Positions 39,207-49,500 of a stretch of 64,000 nucleotides of DNA are shown here, one piece after another (position 1 is the first letter of the stretch; the number at the start of each line of letters is the position of its first letter). Below the pieces are notes generated by a model, which saw nothing but the letters and a program-made list of their open reading frames with translations, ran no database searches and was not told the origin of the DNA. The position numbers and the translations under genes are program-made. Source of the DNA: Candidatus Tectimicrobiota bacterium (GTDB lineage: Bacteria > Tectomicrobia > Entotheonellia > Entotheonellales > Entotheonellaceae); assembly GCA_047517385.1 (NCBI GenBank), contig JAKZSW010000003.1, forward strand, positions 361 through 64,360, given 5' to 3'.

Positions 39207-41057
39207 TCAGAGATATTGACCTGGCGCGATGTCCTCAACCGGCTGCGCACGCGGCGCCCTCGAGCCGACCAAAGTCCGGATGTTGACGATCCTTTCACCC
39301 TTGGTGCCCGAGATGCGCGTCCAATCGTCGGGGTTCGTCGTGTTGGGGAGGTCCTCGTTCTCCTTGAATTCCCCCTTGACGGCATCGATCAGGTCCTCGG
39401 GCTTGAGCCCTTTCTTCTGCGTCGCCAGGTAACGCTTGAGAGCCGTCTTCTTGGCCCGTGCGACGATGTTTTCAATCATCGCGCCGCTGGCAAAATCCTT
39501 GAAGTAGAATACTTCGCGGTCACCCTTGGCGTACGTCACTTCCAGGAAGCGGTTGTCGTCGTGGGTGCTGTACATGTGTTCGCAGGCCTGCTCGATCAGC
39601 CACGCCACCGCCGCTTGCCGGTCGCCGTTCCACTGCCGTATCAAGTCTTCGTGCAACGGCAGGTCGGGCACCAAGTATTTGGAGAAGATATCTCTGGCGG
39701 CGGCCTTGCCGGGGCGGTCGACTTTGATCTTGATGTCGAGCCTGCCGGGCCTCAAGACCGCCGGATCGATCAAATCCTGGCGGTTGCTGGCGCCGATAAT
39801 GATGACGTTTTCCAATGATTCCAAACCGTCGAGTTCGGATAGAAATTGCGCCACCACGGTGATTTCCACATCGGACGAAATACCCGAGCCGCGCACCCGG
39901 AAGAGGGCGTCCATTTCGTCAAAGAACACGATGACGGGTGTCGTTTCGTTCGCCTTCTCTCGCGCCTTGTTAAATACCTCACGAATTTTGGATTCGGTCT
40001 CGCCAACGTATTTGTTGAGCAGTTCCGGGCCCTTGATGTTGAGGAAATAACTGCGTGCCTCGACGCCGGTGCGCTCCGACAGCTTCTGTGCCAAGCTGTT
40101 GGCCACCGCCTTGGCAATCAGTGTCTTACCGCAACCGGGCGGGCCGTATAACAGCACGCCTTTCGGCGGCCGCAGACGGTGCTCACGAAACTCATCGGGA
40201 TACAAATACGGCAATTCGATCCCGTCGCGTAGCTCGCCGATCTGCTCGTCGAGGCCGCCGATGTCGTCGTAGGACACGTCTGGCACCTCTTCGAGGACGA
40301 CCTCCTCAACCTGGGACTTGGGCAGTTTTTCCAGCACGTAACTGGAGCGCGGCTCCAAAAGCAGATTGTCCCCCACGTCCAGATGCACGTCGCGCATGTA
40401 CTCGGTCAGCATGACAACCCGCTCTTCGTCCGCACGGCCGATCACCAGCACGCGGCTGTCATCGAGCCGGTCCAGCAGGCGCACCATCTCGCCGCGGTTT
40501 TCGTATTCGCCCACTTCGATGACATTCAGGGATTCGTTCAGAACGAGGAGTTGACCGGGGGAAAATTCACAGAATTCCAGCTTGGGATGAATGTTGACAC
40601 GCAAGTGCCGCCCGTCGAGGTCCAGGTCGATGGTGCCGTCCTTGTTGCGCTGCCGGAACACGCCGTAGCTGTTCGGCGGCATGCACAGCTTCTCCACCTC
40701 TTTCTTCAGGGTGCTGATGTTTTCCTTCGCCTCCCGAAGCGTGTGAACCAGCTTCTCGTTCTGCCGCCTGCCCTGCCCCAACTGCTCAACGACCTGATGG
40801 TATTTGCGCTTAAGTGCTTCGTAATGACCAAGCGTCTTCTCCAGATGCCGTTCGACGTGCTCGGAATTGTGCTGGACGTGCCGAATCTTCTCTCGCAGAT
40901 CCTTGATCTCCAGCTCGTATTGGATGAGTTTGCTCCGAACGGAGGCTTGTGAGCGAAGCGTGTCAATGGAGAACGTACGCACCGTGTCGCGAATGGATTT
41001 CTTTCCTTCTCTCTTGCCCGGGAAGTCTTCCATGGGAACCCGCCCTCCTTCTCCCAT
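39207..41057 (-). CDS. mpa: Proteasome-associated AAA ATPase (Mpa/ARC)
   Basis: 616 aa. N-terminal coiled coil, OB domains, Walker A GPPGCGKT, Walker B VIVFFDEMD, and the C-terminal proteasome-docking ..GQYL. The start could also be the Met at 41033. Confidence 0.92.
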   Translation of the reverse strand: MGEGGRVPMEDFPGKREGKKSIRDTVRTFSIDTLRSQASVRSKLIQYELEIKDLREKIRHVQHNSEHVERHLEKTLGHYEALKRKYHQVVEQLGQGRRQNEKLVHTLREAKENISTLKKEVEKLCMPPNSYGVFRQRNKDGTIDLDLDGRHLRVNIHPKLEFCEFSPGQLLVLNESLNVIEVGEYENRGEMVRLLDRLDDSRVLVIGRADEERVVMLTEYMRDVHLDVGDNLLLEPRSSYVLEKLPKSQVEEVVLEEVPDVSYDDIGGLDEQIGELRDGIELPYLYPDEFREHRLRPPKGVLLYGPPGCGKTLIAKAVANSLAQKLSERTGVEARSYFLNIKGPELLNKYVGETESKIREVFNKAREKANETTPVIVFFDEMDALFRVRGSGISSDVEITVVAQFLSELDGLESLENVIIIGASNRQDLIDPAVLRPGRLDIKIKVDRPGKAAARDIFSKYLVPDLPLHEDLIRQWNGDRQAAVAWLIEQACEHMYSTHDDNRFLEVTYAKGDREVFYFKDFASGAMIENIVARAKKTALKRYLATQKKGLKPEDLIDAVKGEFKENEDLPNTTNPDDWTRISGTKGERIVNIRTLVGSRAPRAQPVEDIAPGQYL

Positions 41058-41271
41058 TCAAACAATGCTCAGGCAAATCCTTCCACCCTTCTATGTGGAG
41101 CGCCTACCGTAGCACACTTCCTGAAAAAGTGTCAAGCTTCATAATTCCCGTAATGTACTGAATTTCTTGGATTTATTGACACGTCACCTTTCCCCAACTC
41201 TGCTTGTGAAAAACTTCGACGATTCAACGGAATGCGTGAAGCAGCGCTCGCGATAGGGCCATGAGCCTCGC

Positions 41272-41301
41272 TTGACAAAGCTCGATGTGGCAAAGCATAA
41301 T
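41272..41301 (+). promoter_or_regulatory. Candidate sigma70-type promoter for the ccsA-like/hemA/hemC operon
   Basis: TTGACA (41272-41277), an 18-nt spacer, then CATAAT (41296-41301), in the AT-rich 285-bp divergent intergenic region. Confidence 0.35.
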
Positions 41302-41342
41302 TGTAGAACTTAACTCGGCTTGTACGTGATGCATTCCGAACC

Positions 41343-42179
41343 ATGGCCGGCGATTTGGAAATAGCCGCCGTCCGTTGTCTGTGGCATGTAATGAACAGCT
41401 TGCTTTTCCATGTCGTCCTCCTCGCATACCTGTTGGCTTCGCTCACCTTCTGGTTTCATCTCGGACTCCGTCGGCGCTGGATATACCAGTTCGCCAGCGG
41501 GCTGCTGGCGGGGGGGTTCGTCCTGCAAACTGTTTTGCTGGGCTACCGTTTGTGGACCCAGACATTCCTTTCTTGGGACCACGTCTACGCCTATTTGGGG
41601 TTACTGTCCTGGGCGATTATCGCCGTTTACCTGATCGCCGTATGGCGCTATCCCATTGACGCGCTGGGCGCTTTCATTGTCCCGTTGGCGTTCCTCGCCG
41701 CAGCGGTGTCGGGTGTGCCCGAAATCATACCCACAACCTTGCCCGCGGCGTTCCGCAACCTGTGGTTGGGTCTTCATATCTTTATGGCCCTGCTCGGCTA
41801 CGCGGCGCTGACGCTGATGTTTTGCGCCGGGGTGATGTATCTCATGCAGGAAAACCAACTGAAGTCGAAACGCCCCGGCGCCCTGTACTACCGGCTGCCG
41901 TCGCTCTCACTGCTGGACGACTTGAACGGGCGGGCGCTGATTCTGGGCTTTCCGCTACTGACCCAGGGTATTGTGACCGGCTCCGTGTGGGCCAAGTATC
42001 TGCACGGCTCCTATCTGCACTGGAGCCTCACGTCGCTGCCCCTGCTGCTCGCCTGGCTGATGTACGCGCTGCTGCTGGCAGGCCGTTTCGCGCTGGGATG
42101 GCGGGGCAAGAAAGCCGCGTTTGCCGCTGTGGGGGGATTCGTTGTGGTGCTCGTCTCCTATTTCGTTCACGCCTTGTGA
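41343..42179 (+). CDS. Cytochrome c assembly (CcsA/HemX-like) integral membrane protein
   Basis: 278 aa, polytopic. GLHIFMALLGYAALTLMFCAGVMYLMQE..LD and the position directly upstream of hemA match HemX/CcsA-family proteins. An alternative start is ATG 41391 (MNSLLF). Confidence 0.7.
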   Translation: MAGDLEIAAVRCLWHVMNSLLFHVVLLAYLLASLTFWFHLGLRRRWIYQFASGLLAGGFVLQTVLLGYRLWTQTFLSWDHVYAYLGLLSWAIIAVYLIAVWRYPIDALGAFIVPLAFLAAAVSGVPEIIPTTLPAAFRNLWLGLHIFMALLGYAALTLMFCAGVMYLMQENQLKSKRPGALYYRLPSLSLLDDLNGRALILGFPLLTQGIVTGSVWAKYLHGSYLHWSLTSLPLLLAWLMYALLLAGRFALGWRGKKAAFAAVGGFVVVLVSYFVHAL

Positions 42180-42208
42180 AAAGAGACGGCTGAGGAGGGT
42201 TGCAAAGC

Positions 42209-43477
42209 GTGGCAATTGCCTTGGTTGGGCTCAACCACACGACGGCGCCGGTGGCCGTTCGAGAACGTTTGGCGTTCTCCGACGCTGCGCTCGCCGACGC
42301 CCTGACGACGTTCCGGGCGCCGGAGGTCGAGGAGTTGGTCATCCTGTCAACCTGCAACCGGGTCGAGTTTTACATGCAGGGCCGTGACGTTGCGGCTTGC
42401 AACTCAGGGTGCGAGAGCTTCCTGGTCGCCTACCATGCCCTGGCCCGAGAAGACTTTGCCCCTTGCCTCTACTACCTGAACGAGTTGGAGGCGGTGCGCC
42501 ATTTGTTTCGCGTCGCCGCCAGCCTGGATTCCATGGTTCTCGGCGAGCCGCAGATCCTCGGGCAAGTGAAGTCCGCCTACTACGCTGCCCGCGATGCCGG
42601 CAGAACCGGCACCATCTTCCATCACCTCTTTGAACGCGCCTTCAACGTCGCCAAGGCCGCCCGCAGCGAAACGGGCATCAGCGACCACGCCGTGTCCGTC
42701 AGCTACGCCGCGGTGCAATTGGCGAGAAAAATCTTCGAGGACCTGCGGCGCCATACCGTCATGGTCCTCGGCGCCGGCGAGACCTCGGAACTGGCCGCGC
42801 GTCACTTCGTCCGGCAGGGGGTGGGGGAGGTTTTTGTGGCCAACCGCACGATGGCGCGTGCCGAAAAACTGGCGCAGAGTCTTTCCGCCAAGGCTATCCC
42901 CTGGGACGACTTCCCCGAACACCTGGCGCAGACCGATATCGTCGTCAGCTCGACCAGCGCCCCGAACCTCGTCATCACGCCCGGCATGGTGCACGAAGCC
43001 ATGCGGACGCGGCGCGGGCGCGCCATGTTTTTCATCGACATTGCCGTGCCGCGCGACATCGACCCGGCGGTCAACGCGCTGGAAAACGTTTTTCTTTATG
43101 ACATCGATGGCCTGGAAAACGTCGTGGCGGCGAACCGTCGTGAACGCCAGCAAGAAGCGCTGGCCGCCGAGGACCTGGTCTGGCGGGAAGTGCGTCACTT
43201 CCGGCAATGGCTCGCCACCCGCGACGTGGTGCCGACCATCGTGGCGTTGCGGCAACAGGCCGAAGTCGCACGCCTGCGCGAACTGGATAAAGCCCTCACC
43301 AAACTGGGACCGCATGACGAGCGGCAGCGCCGTGTGATCGAGGCCCTGACGGTGGCCATTACCAACAAATTCCTGCACGCCCCGACAGTCCATCTGAAGC
43401 GCTGCGCGAGCGCCGGACAGGCGCAGGACGAGGCACAACTCATCCGCGATCTCTTCGATCTGGACCCCTCGCCGTGA
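42209..43477 (+). CDS. hemA: Glutamyl-tRNA reductase
   Basis: Frame of ORF 42200..43477. GTG 42209 lies 9 nt after the GAGGAGGG SD, while TTG 42200 abuts it. LVGLNHTTAPVAVRE, active-site STCNRVE, and VLGAGETSE for NADPH. Confidence 0.92.
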   Translation: MAIALVGLNHTTAPVAVRERLAFSDAALADALTTFRAPEVEELVILSTCNRVEFYMQGRDVAACNSGCESFLVAYHALAREDFAPCLYYLNELEAVRHLFRVAASLDSMVLGEPQILGQVKSAYYAARDAGRTGTIFHHLFERAFNVAKAARSETGISDHAVSVSYAAVQLARKIFEDLRRHTVMVLGAGETSELAARHFVRQGVGEVFVANRTMARAEKLAQSLSAKAIPWDDFPEHLAQTDIVVSSTSAPNLVITPGMVHEAMRTRRGRAMFFIDIAVPRDIDPAVNALENVFLYDIDGLENVVAANRRERQQEALAAEDLVWREVRHFRQWLATRDVVPTIVALRQQAEVARLRELDKALTKLGPHDERQRRVIEALTVAITNKFLHAPTVHLKRCASAGQAQDEAQLIRDLFDLDPSP

Positions 43478-44397
43478 CACCCCCAAATGCCCACGTCCGT
43501 ATCGGAACCCGCGGCAGCCCGCTGGCCCTCTGGCAAGCGCGCTGGGTGGCAACGGCTCTGCAACAGCACCACGCCGGATTGCATACTGAAATCGTCGTCA
43601 TCAAAACCGCGGGCGACCGCAACCGCCACGACCCCTTGCCGCAGATCGGCGGCAAGGGACTGTTCGTCAAGGACATCGAAGAGGCGCTCTTGCGTGGGGA
43701 AATCGAGGTCGCGGTGCACAGCATGAAAGACATGCCAACGGACCTGCCGGACGGTCTGCACGTGAGCGCGGTGCCGCTGCGCGCCGAGGTGCGGGACGCC
43801 TTCGTCGGCAAGGACGGCCGGCGGCTGACGCAAATCGACGGGCCGTGGCGGATCGGCACCAGCAGCCTGCGTCGACAGGCCCAATTGCTGGCCTTCTCTG
43901 ACGCGCTGCAGGTCTGCGACCTGCGCGGCAACGTTGACACCCGGCTGCGCAAACTACGCCAGGGGGACGTCGAGGGCGTGGTGCTGGCGGCCGCGGGCCT
44001 GACCCGCCTGGGTCTGGCGTCGGAGATCACCGAATTGCTGCCCATTGACATGATGCTGCCGCCCGCCGGCCAAGGCGCGTTGGCACTGGAAACAGCAGCC
44101 GGGCATTGGGTGGACGACCTGTTGGCACCGTTGAATGACCCCGCTACGGCCAACGCCGTTGCCGCCGAGCGCACCGTGCTCCAACGCCTGGGCGGCGGCT
44201 GTAGCGTGCCCATCGCCGTGCTCGGCCAGTGCCATGACGAGCACCTGCACGTGCAAGCCCTGGTCAGCAGCCCCGACGGCAGCCGCACGCTGCGCCGGGA
44301 GATCACCGGCCCCCTCGACCAAGCCGTACCGCTCGGCGAATACCTGGCCGCGCAGTTGCACGCCGACGGCGCCGGTGACATCCTGCAAGCGCTGTAA
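43474..44397 (+). CDS. hemC: Hydroxymethylbilane synthase (porphobilinogen deaminase)
   Basis: 307 aa. The GTG overlaps the hemA stop. IGTRGSPLALWQA, AVHSMKDMP, GGCSVPIA. Confidence 0.93.
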   Translation: MTPPNAHVRIGTRGSPLALWQARWVATALQQHHAGLHTEIVVIKTAGDRNRHDPLPQIGGKGLFVKDIEEALLRGEIEVAVHSMKDMPTDLPDGLHVSAVPLRAEVRDAFVGKDGRRLTQIDGPWRIGTSSLRRQAQLLAFSDALQVCDLRGNVDTRLRKLRQGDVEGVVLAAAGLTRLGLASEITELLPIDMMLPPAGQGALALETAAGHWVDDLLAPLNDPATANAVAAERTVLQRLGGGCSVPIAVLGQCHDEHLHVQALVSSPDGSRTLRREITGPLDQAVPLGEYLAAQLHADGAGDILQAL

Positions 44398-44497
44398 CCG
44401 AGAGTCCTGACGGCTTTTCCCCGAGCGCTCATCCATACATAGCCATGATCACAACTCCAAATGAACCCTCAACGGGGGAGTGGGGCAAGGGACATCC

Positions 44498-46342
44498 ATG
44501 ATGGAATTCGTTGATCTCCAACGGCAATTTCACGACGTGCCAGAAGACACCGAACTCGAAGAGACGGAGCACCTTGTCTCGTTCAGTGAACATGAATTCG
44601 GCCCGAGTTTCGGCTGGTCCAAGTTGTTGGAGTCTATGCGGGTCGTCCTTCTCGCCGAGGCGGGTAGCGGGAAAACCAAGGAGATGGAAGAACAGGCGAA
44701 ACGCCTCGCTCAAGAGGGACGGTTCGCGTTTTTCGTGGCGTTGGATGACCTGGACCGAGAGCGTGTGGTCCACATCCTCTCGCCGGACGAGGAGGAGAGC
44801 TTTAAACGGTGGAGAGCGAATGGCCAAGAAACGGCTTGGTTTTTCCTCGACGCGGTGGATGAGTTGAAGCTTACCGGAGGAAAGCTCGGCCGCGCGCTTA
44901 ATCGACTCTCAAAGGACCTGAATGGTTTCCTCGATCGTGCCCGAGTAATCATCTCCTGTCGTCCCAGTGACTGGCGCCCCATCGTTGACTTGGACACGGT
45001 CCAGAATGCACTGCCGGTCCCACAGCGAAGTAGCCACGCTTCCCTTCAACCACCTGAGGAAGTGTTCATCCAGGCGCGCAGGGAAGACCTCGGCCACACG
45101 AGCCCTGGTACCGACGAAACCGAAGACTCTGCAGATCGGGAAGCCGTCCGAATCGTAGGTATGCTTCCGATGAGCGGTAAGCAGATCAAGCTCTTCGCGG
45201 AACAATCCGGGGTGAACGACGCGGCGGGCTTTCTCAATGAAATCGACCGAGAGAATGCCTGGGCCTTCGCCGTCCGCCCCTTGGACTTGAGCCATTTGGT
45301 CCAGGCATGGACACATTTGGGTTTTCTCGGCACTCGGGCGAAGCAGCATGAGAGGAACGTGACGGCCAAGTTGAAGGATGACCCTGATCGACCCGACCGC
45401 GATGTTCTCTGTGATGCCAAGGCCCAGATTGGGGCAGAGCGCCTTGCCCTCGCCTTGGCCCTAACCCGCACCCGCACCATCCGATCGCCCGAACAGGCGC
45501 CCGTTACCCACGCGACGGATGGCATTCTTGATCCTGCAGAGATTCTTACCGATTGGACCGAAGAGGAACGTCAGGCATTGCTTCGACGCGCTCTTTTCGA
45601 TCCTGCCACTTACGGGCGTGTTCGCTTCCATCACCGTTCTGTTCAGGAGTATCTCGCTGCTTGCCGCCTGCGGAGATTGCGCAAAGAAGGCATGTCCACA
45701 AAAGCATTGTTCCGTCTCTTGTTCGCGGAACCGTTCGGCTACAGGGTTGTGCTTTCCTCAATGTGTCCGATCACTGCGTGGCTCGCTCTTTGGGACACCT
45801 CCGTACGTCAAGAATTGATCGAGCACGAGCCGGAAACGCTGCCCCCCTTTGGCGATCCGGGGGCACTTCCCCTTTCCGCACGAAAGGACCTCGTGCGGAC
45901 GTTTGTGAGGGCGTACGGCGAGGACGATGGATTCGGTCCGATGTTCCTGGTCAACGACGTTCGCAGGCTTGCGCATCCAGAACTCGCGCCTGTCATACGC
46001 GAGTGTTGGGAAACCAAACCGGTGAACCACGATGTCCGGGGCTTGCTGCTCCAACTGATTTGGCTTGGACCGGTACAAGGTTGTGCAGATTTGGCTCATA
46101 TCGCTGTCGACACCACGGCTTGGAAAGCTGGCAATCGCATTGCTGCGATCCGAGCGCTCCTTGCCTGCGGTTGCAATGACAGAGTTCGGGAGCTTGCACA
46201 TGAAATGTTGACTCATCCAGAGTCCTGGCCCGCCGAAATCGTGTTCGGTGTGGTGTCAGATATGTTCCCGGACGTCATTGAAGCCCAAGAACTTGTAACG
46301 CTGATTGAGAGACGGTCTCGTGTCTCAGAGTCTGTTCCATAA
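44498..46342 (+). CDS. NACHT-type STAND NTPase with HEAT/ARM-like C-terminal repeats and no recognisable effector domain
   Basis: Inside ORF 44480..46342 (ATG 44498). Walker A VLLAEAGSGKT, Walker B WFFLDAVDEL, and NACHT-like VIISCRPSDW (compare hhTSRP). The helical C-terminal repeats (..NRIAAIRALLACGCNDRVRELAHEML..) end abruptly. G+C is visibly lower than in the neighbouring genes. Confidence 0.7.
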   Translation: MMEFVDLQRQFHDVPEDTELEETEHLVSFSEHEFGPSFGWSKLLESMRVVLLAEAGSGKTKEMEEQAKRLAQEGRFAFFVALDDLDRERVVHILSPDEEESFKRWRANGQETAWFFLDAVDELKLTGGKLGRALNRLSKDLNGFLDRARVIISCRPSDWRPIVDLDTVQNALPVPQRSSHASLQPPEEVFIQARREDLGHTSPGTDETEDSADREAVRIVGMLPMSGKQIKLFAEQSGVNDAAGFLNEIDRENAWAFAVRPLDLSHLVQAWTHLGFLGTRAKQHERNVTAKLKDDPDRPDRDVLCDAKAQIGAERLALALALTRTRTIRSPEQAPVTHATDGILDPAEILTDWTEEERQALLRRALFDPATYGRVRFHHRSVQEYLAACRLRRLRKEGMSTKALFRLLFAEPFGYRVVLSSMCPITAWLALWDTSVRQELIEHEPETLPPFGDPGALPLSARKDLVRTFVRAYGEDDGFGPMFLVNDVRRLAHPELAPVIRECWETKPVNHDVRGLLLQLIWLGPVQGCADLAHIAVDTTAWKAGNRIAAIRALLACGCNDRVRELAHEMLTHPESWPAEIVFGVVSDMFPDVIEAQELVTLIERRSRVSESVP

Positions 46343-46525
46343 TAAGTTGAGTGATTTCGGTGAGTTGTGACTCGCTGGCATCGCTGCGCCACAGGGTGAA
46401 TCTGCAAATGATTTCAAGACGACCATTGCTACGGCCAAACTTGGCTTTTCCTCAACTGGTGTACAGATCCTCGTTAGTGGGTTGGTAAGGCTATGTAAAA
46501 CAAAGACGTATTTAGGAACAGACTC

Positions 46526-49500
46526 TTAGTCGCTACCGGCCTCGCTGGCAAGCGGCGTCACGGCAGCAGCAGCGAGGTTGCTCTGTCGCCGCAGCAGCCC
46601 GACAAAGTCAAACATGAGCGACATGACAGCCGGGATGAAAACGATGGTCGTGGCGGTGCCCAGAATGAGGCCGCCGAACATGACTATGCCGAGCCCGCGG
46701 TACAACTCGCTGCCGGCACCGGGATTCAGCACCAGCGGCATCAGGCCGAAAATGGTGGTTCCCGTCGTCATCATGATCGGTCGTATGCGGGTGAGCGCCG
46801 ACTCCACAATCGCCTGATGGGGATCCAGACCCTGCCGCATGAAGTTGACCGCCTGCTGAACGATCAGAATGGGATTGTTGATGACGCTGCCCAGCAGAAT
46901 CACGAAGCCGAGCATGGTCAGAACGTCCAAGGATTGAATCGTGCCCGGGCTGACGATGTCCAGATAGCGGTTGAGCACCCAGAGACCCAGCACGCCCCCC
47001 GTCAAACCGATGGGAACGGACAGCATCACGGTAAGCGGGTAACCCCAGTGGCGGAATACCAGAACCATCGTGAGATACGTCAACATCAGCGCCAGCAGGA
47101 AATCGGTGCTGAGCTTGGCGCGGATGGCCGCCAGCTTGTCGCTGGTGCCACTGATCTGCATGGTGTATCCCGGCGGCACCAAGCCCTCCGATTGCATGGC
47201 GCCGATAATGTTGTTTTGCACGACTTCAATCGCCTCTTCCAGCGAGATACTGCCCGGCGGGGTAATCCGCAGGGTCACCGCGCGCTGGTTATCCACCCGG
47301 CGAATGCGTTCCAGGCCGTAGGTGAAATTAATGCTGGCGACATCAGACAGGGGCACCGTATCGCCTGATCGCGTCGCAATGCGCATGGTCTCAAAATTCC
47401 CCAGGGTGTCGTAGGCGCCCATAGTGGAATAGAGGTACAGGTCCATCTTGTCGCCGTCTTGGTAATAGTCGTCCACGTAAGCACCATCGCCCAGCACCCA
47501 GGTGCTGTAACCGATGTCCTGCACGTCGATCCCGAGCTGTGCGGCACGCTCCCAGTCGGGCCGTATGATGACCTGCGGCTGGCCGATCTCAATGCCCGGC
47601 TTGGGTTCGGGTCGTGCCCCGGGCATCGTCTCCAGGACCTTGAAGAAGGACGCCTGCGCAATGTTCGTCAGGACCTTTACGTCGGGCCCGATAACATCGA
47701 CGTTGATTGCCCGCGAGCCCATGATGTCGCGGCTGAAAATGGACATTTTCAGAGCGAAGGCGATCGTGCCCGGCACGTCGCTCATGAGACGCTGCAGAGC
47801 AGGCGGCACGGCGGACAGGTGGTCCCGGCTCTTCGGGCGGGTGAACAGGAACATGCGATTGCGGAATGCCGCGAAGAAGAAGTATTTCAGCGGCGGCACC
47901 TCCACTCGACCTTCCTCGAAATCGGCTATGGAGGCATCCAGCATCGGCTTCACCCGCTTCTCCAGTTCCTTCCCAATCGCCGTGATTTCGGGCATGCCGT
48001 AACCCTGCGGCGGGATCAGGACGCCAATAATGGTTTGCCGATTGCCTTCCGGCAGGTATTCCGTCTTGGGCATGAAAACCACGATGCACGCCACCGCAAC
48101 GGCCAGGACCGTCGCTGTGACGAAGATGCGCCGGATAACGCCGCCCATCAGCCAGGTGAGCGCGGAACGTAAGGGGCCGTCGTGGATTCTCGCCGCCAGC
48201 GGTGCCAGCCCGAACAGGCGCTGGAGTTGACCCATGAATCCCTGCCTGTCCATCGTCGGCACGCTCGTGAGCAGCCGGGCAGCGAGGGGCGGGATGATAA
48301 GGATGGAAACAATCAGGGCCAGGATGTTGGCCGCCACAATGGCGATGGCGAGGTCACGGAAGATCTGCCCCGCTTCATCCGCCAGCGTGATGATGGGCGT
48401 GAACACCACGACGTTCGTCAACGTCGAGGACAGGATGGCCGTCCACACTTCGCTGGTGCCGTCGTAGGCCGCGTCGAAGGACGACTTGCCCATGGAGCGA
48501 TGCCGATAGATGTTTTCCAGAACAACGATCGAGGCGTCGAGCACAGCGCCGATGGAGAAGGCGAGACCGGCCAGTGAGATGACGTTGATGGAACGCCCGG
48601 ACACACTGATCACGAAGAAGGCACCGATGACGCACAGCGGGATCGCCAGGCCGACGATCAGGGTGGAACGGGCGTGGCGCAGGAAGATCAGCAGGATGCC
48701 AAGGGCCAACATACCGCCAAAAAGCAGGTTGAACCGCACCATGTCGACCGCGTCGCGGACGTAGCTGGTACTGTCCGTCACCTGGGTCAGGTAGATACCC
48801 TTCTCGCTCAATGGGCCGTCATTCAGTTCACGAATGGCCCCCTGTACCTGCTCCATGACGACCAGCAAGTTCGTCCCTCGCTTGCGCTGCGGGCCGAACG
48901 CCAGTGCGGGTTCCGCATTTTGGCGGATCAGGGTGCGCTTCTCGGCGTGCCCCAAGCGGGCGTAACCAACGTCGCGCAGGTAGACGGGCGTGCCGTCTTG
49001 AATGTCGATGATGGTGTTTTCAATATCGCCGGCGGATTCATAACGACCGACCGTGCGAACGTTGAAGCGCCGCTTGCCCTCGTCCAGGTCGCCGCCGGAC
49101 ACGTCGCGGTTGCGCGACCGGATCGCCTCCCGCACCTTGGAGATGGCAATGCCACGATCCGCCAGCTTGGTGGGATCGATCATCACCTGCATCTGGCGCT
49201 CGGTGCCGCCGTAAACGCCGCGCACGCTGGCAATGCCCGTCAGCCGCTCGAAATGCGGCTTAACGTGGTCCTCCACGTAGTCGAACATTTCCTGCACGTC
49301 GAGCGGTTCCGGGTGATCCGGGCGCGTACGCACGCTAATCCAGGCCACCGGCTGCTCGGACGCACGGGAGGTCTGAATCGTCGGCTCGTCCACGTTCTCT
49401 GGATAGCCGGGCACCTGCGCAAGGGCGTTATTGATGCGGACGATGTTCTCCTGCTGATTCGTCTCCAGCCCGAATTCCAGCTCGACCTCCGCCTGCCCCA

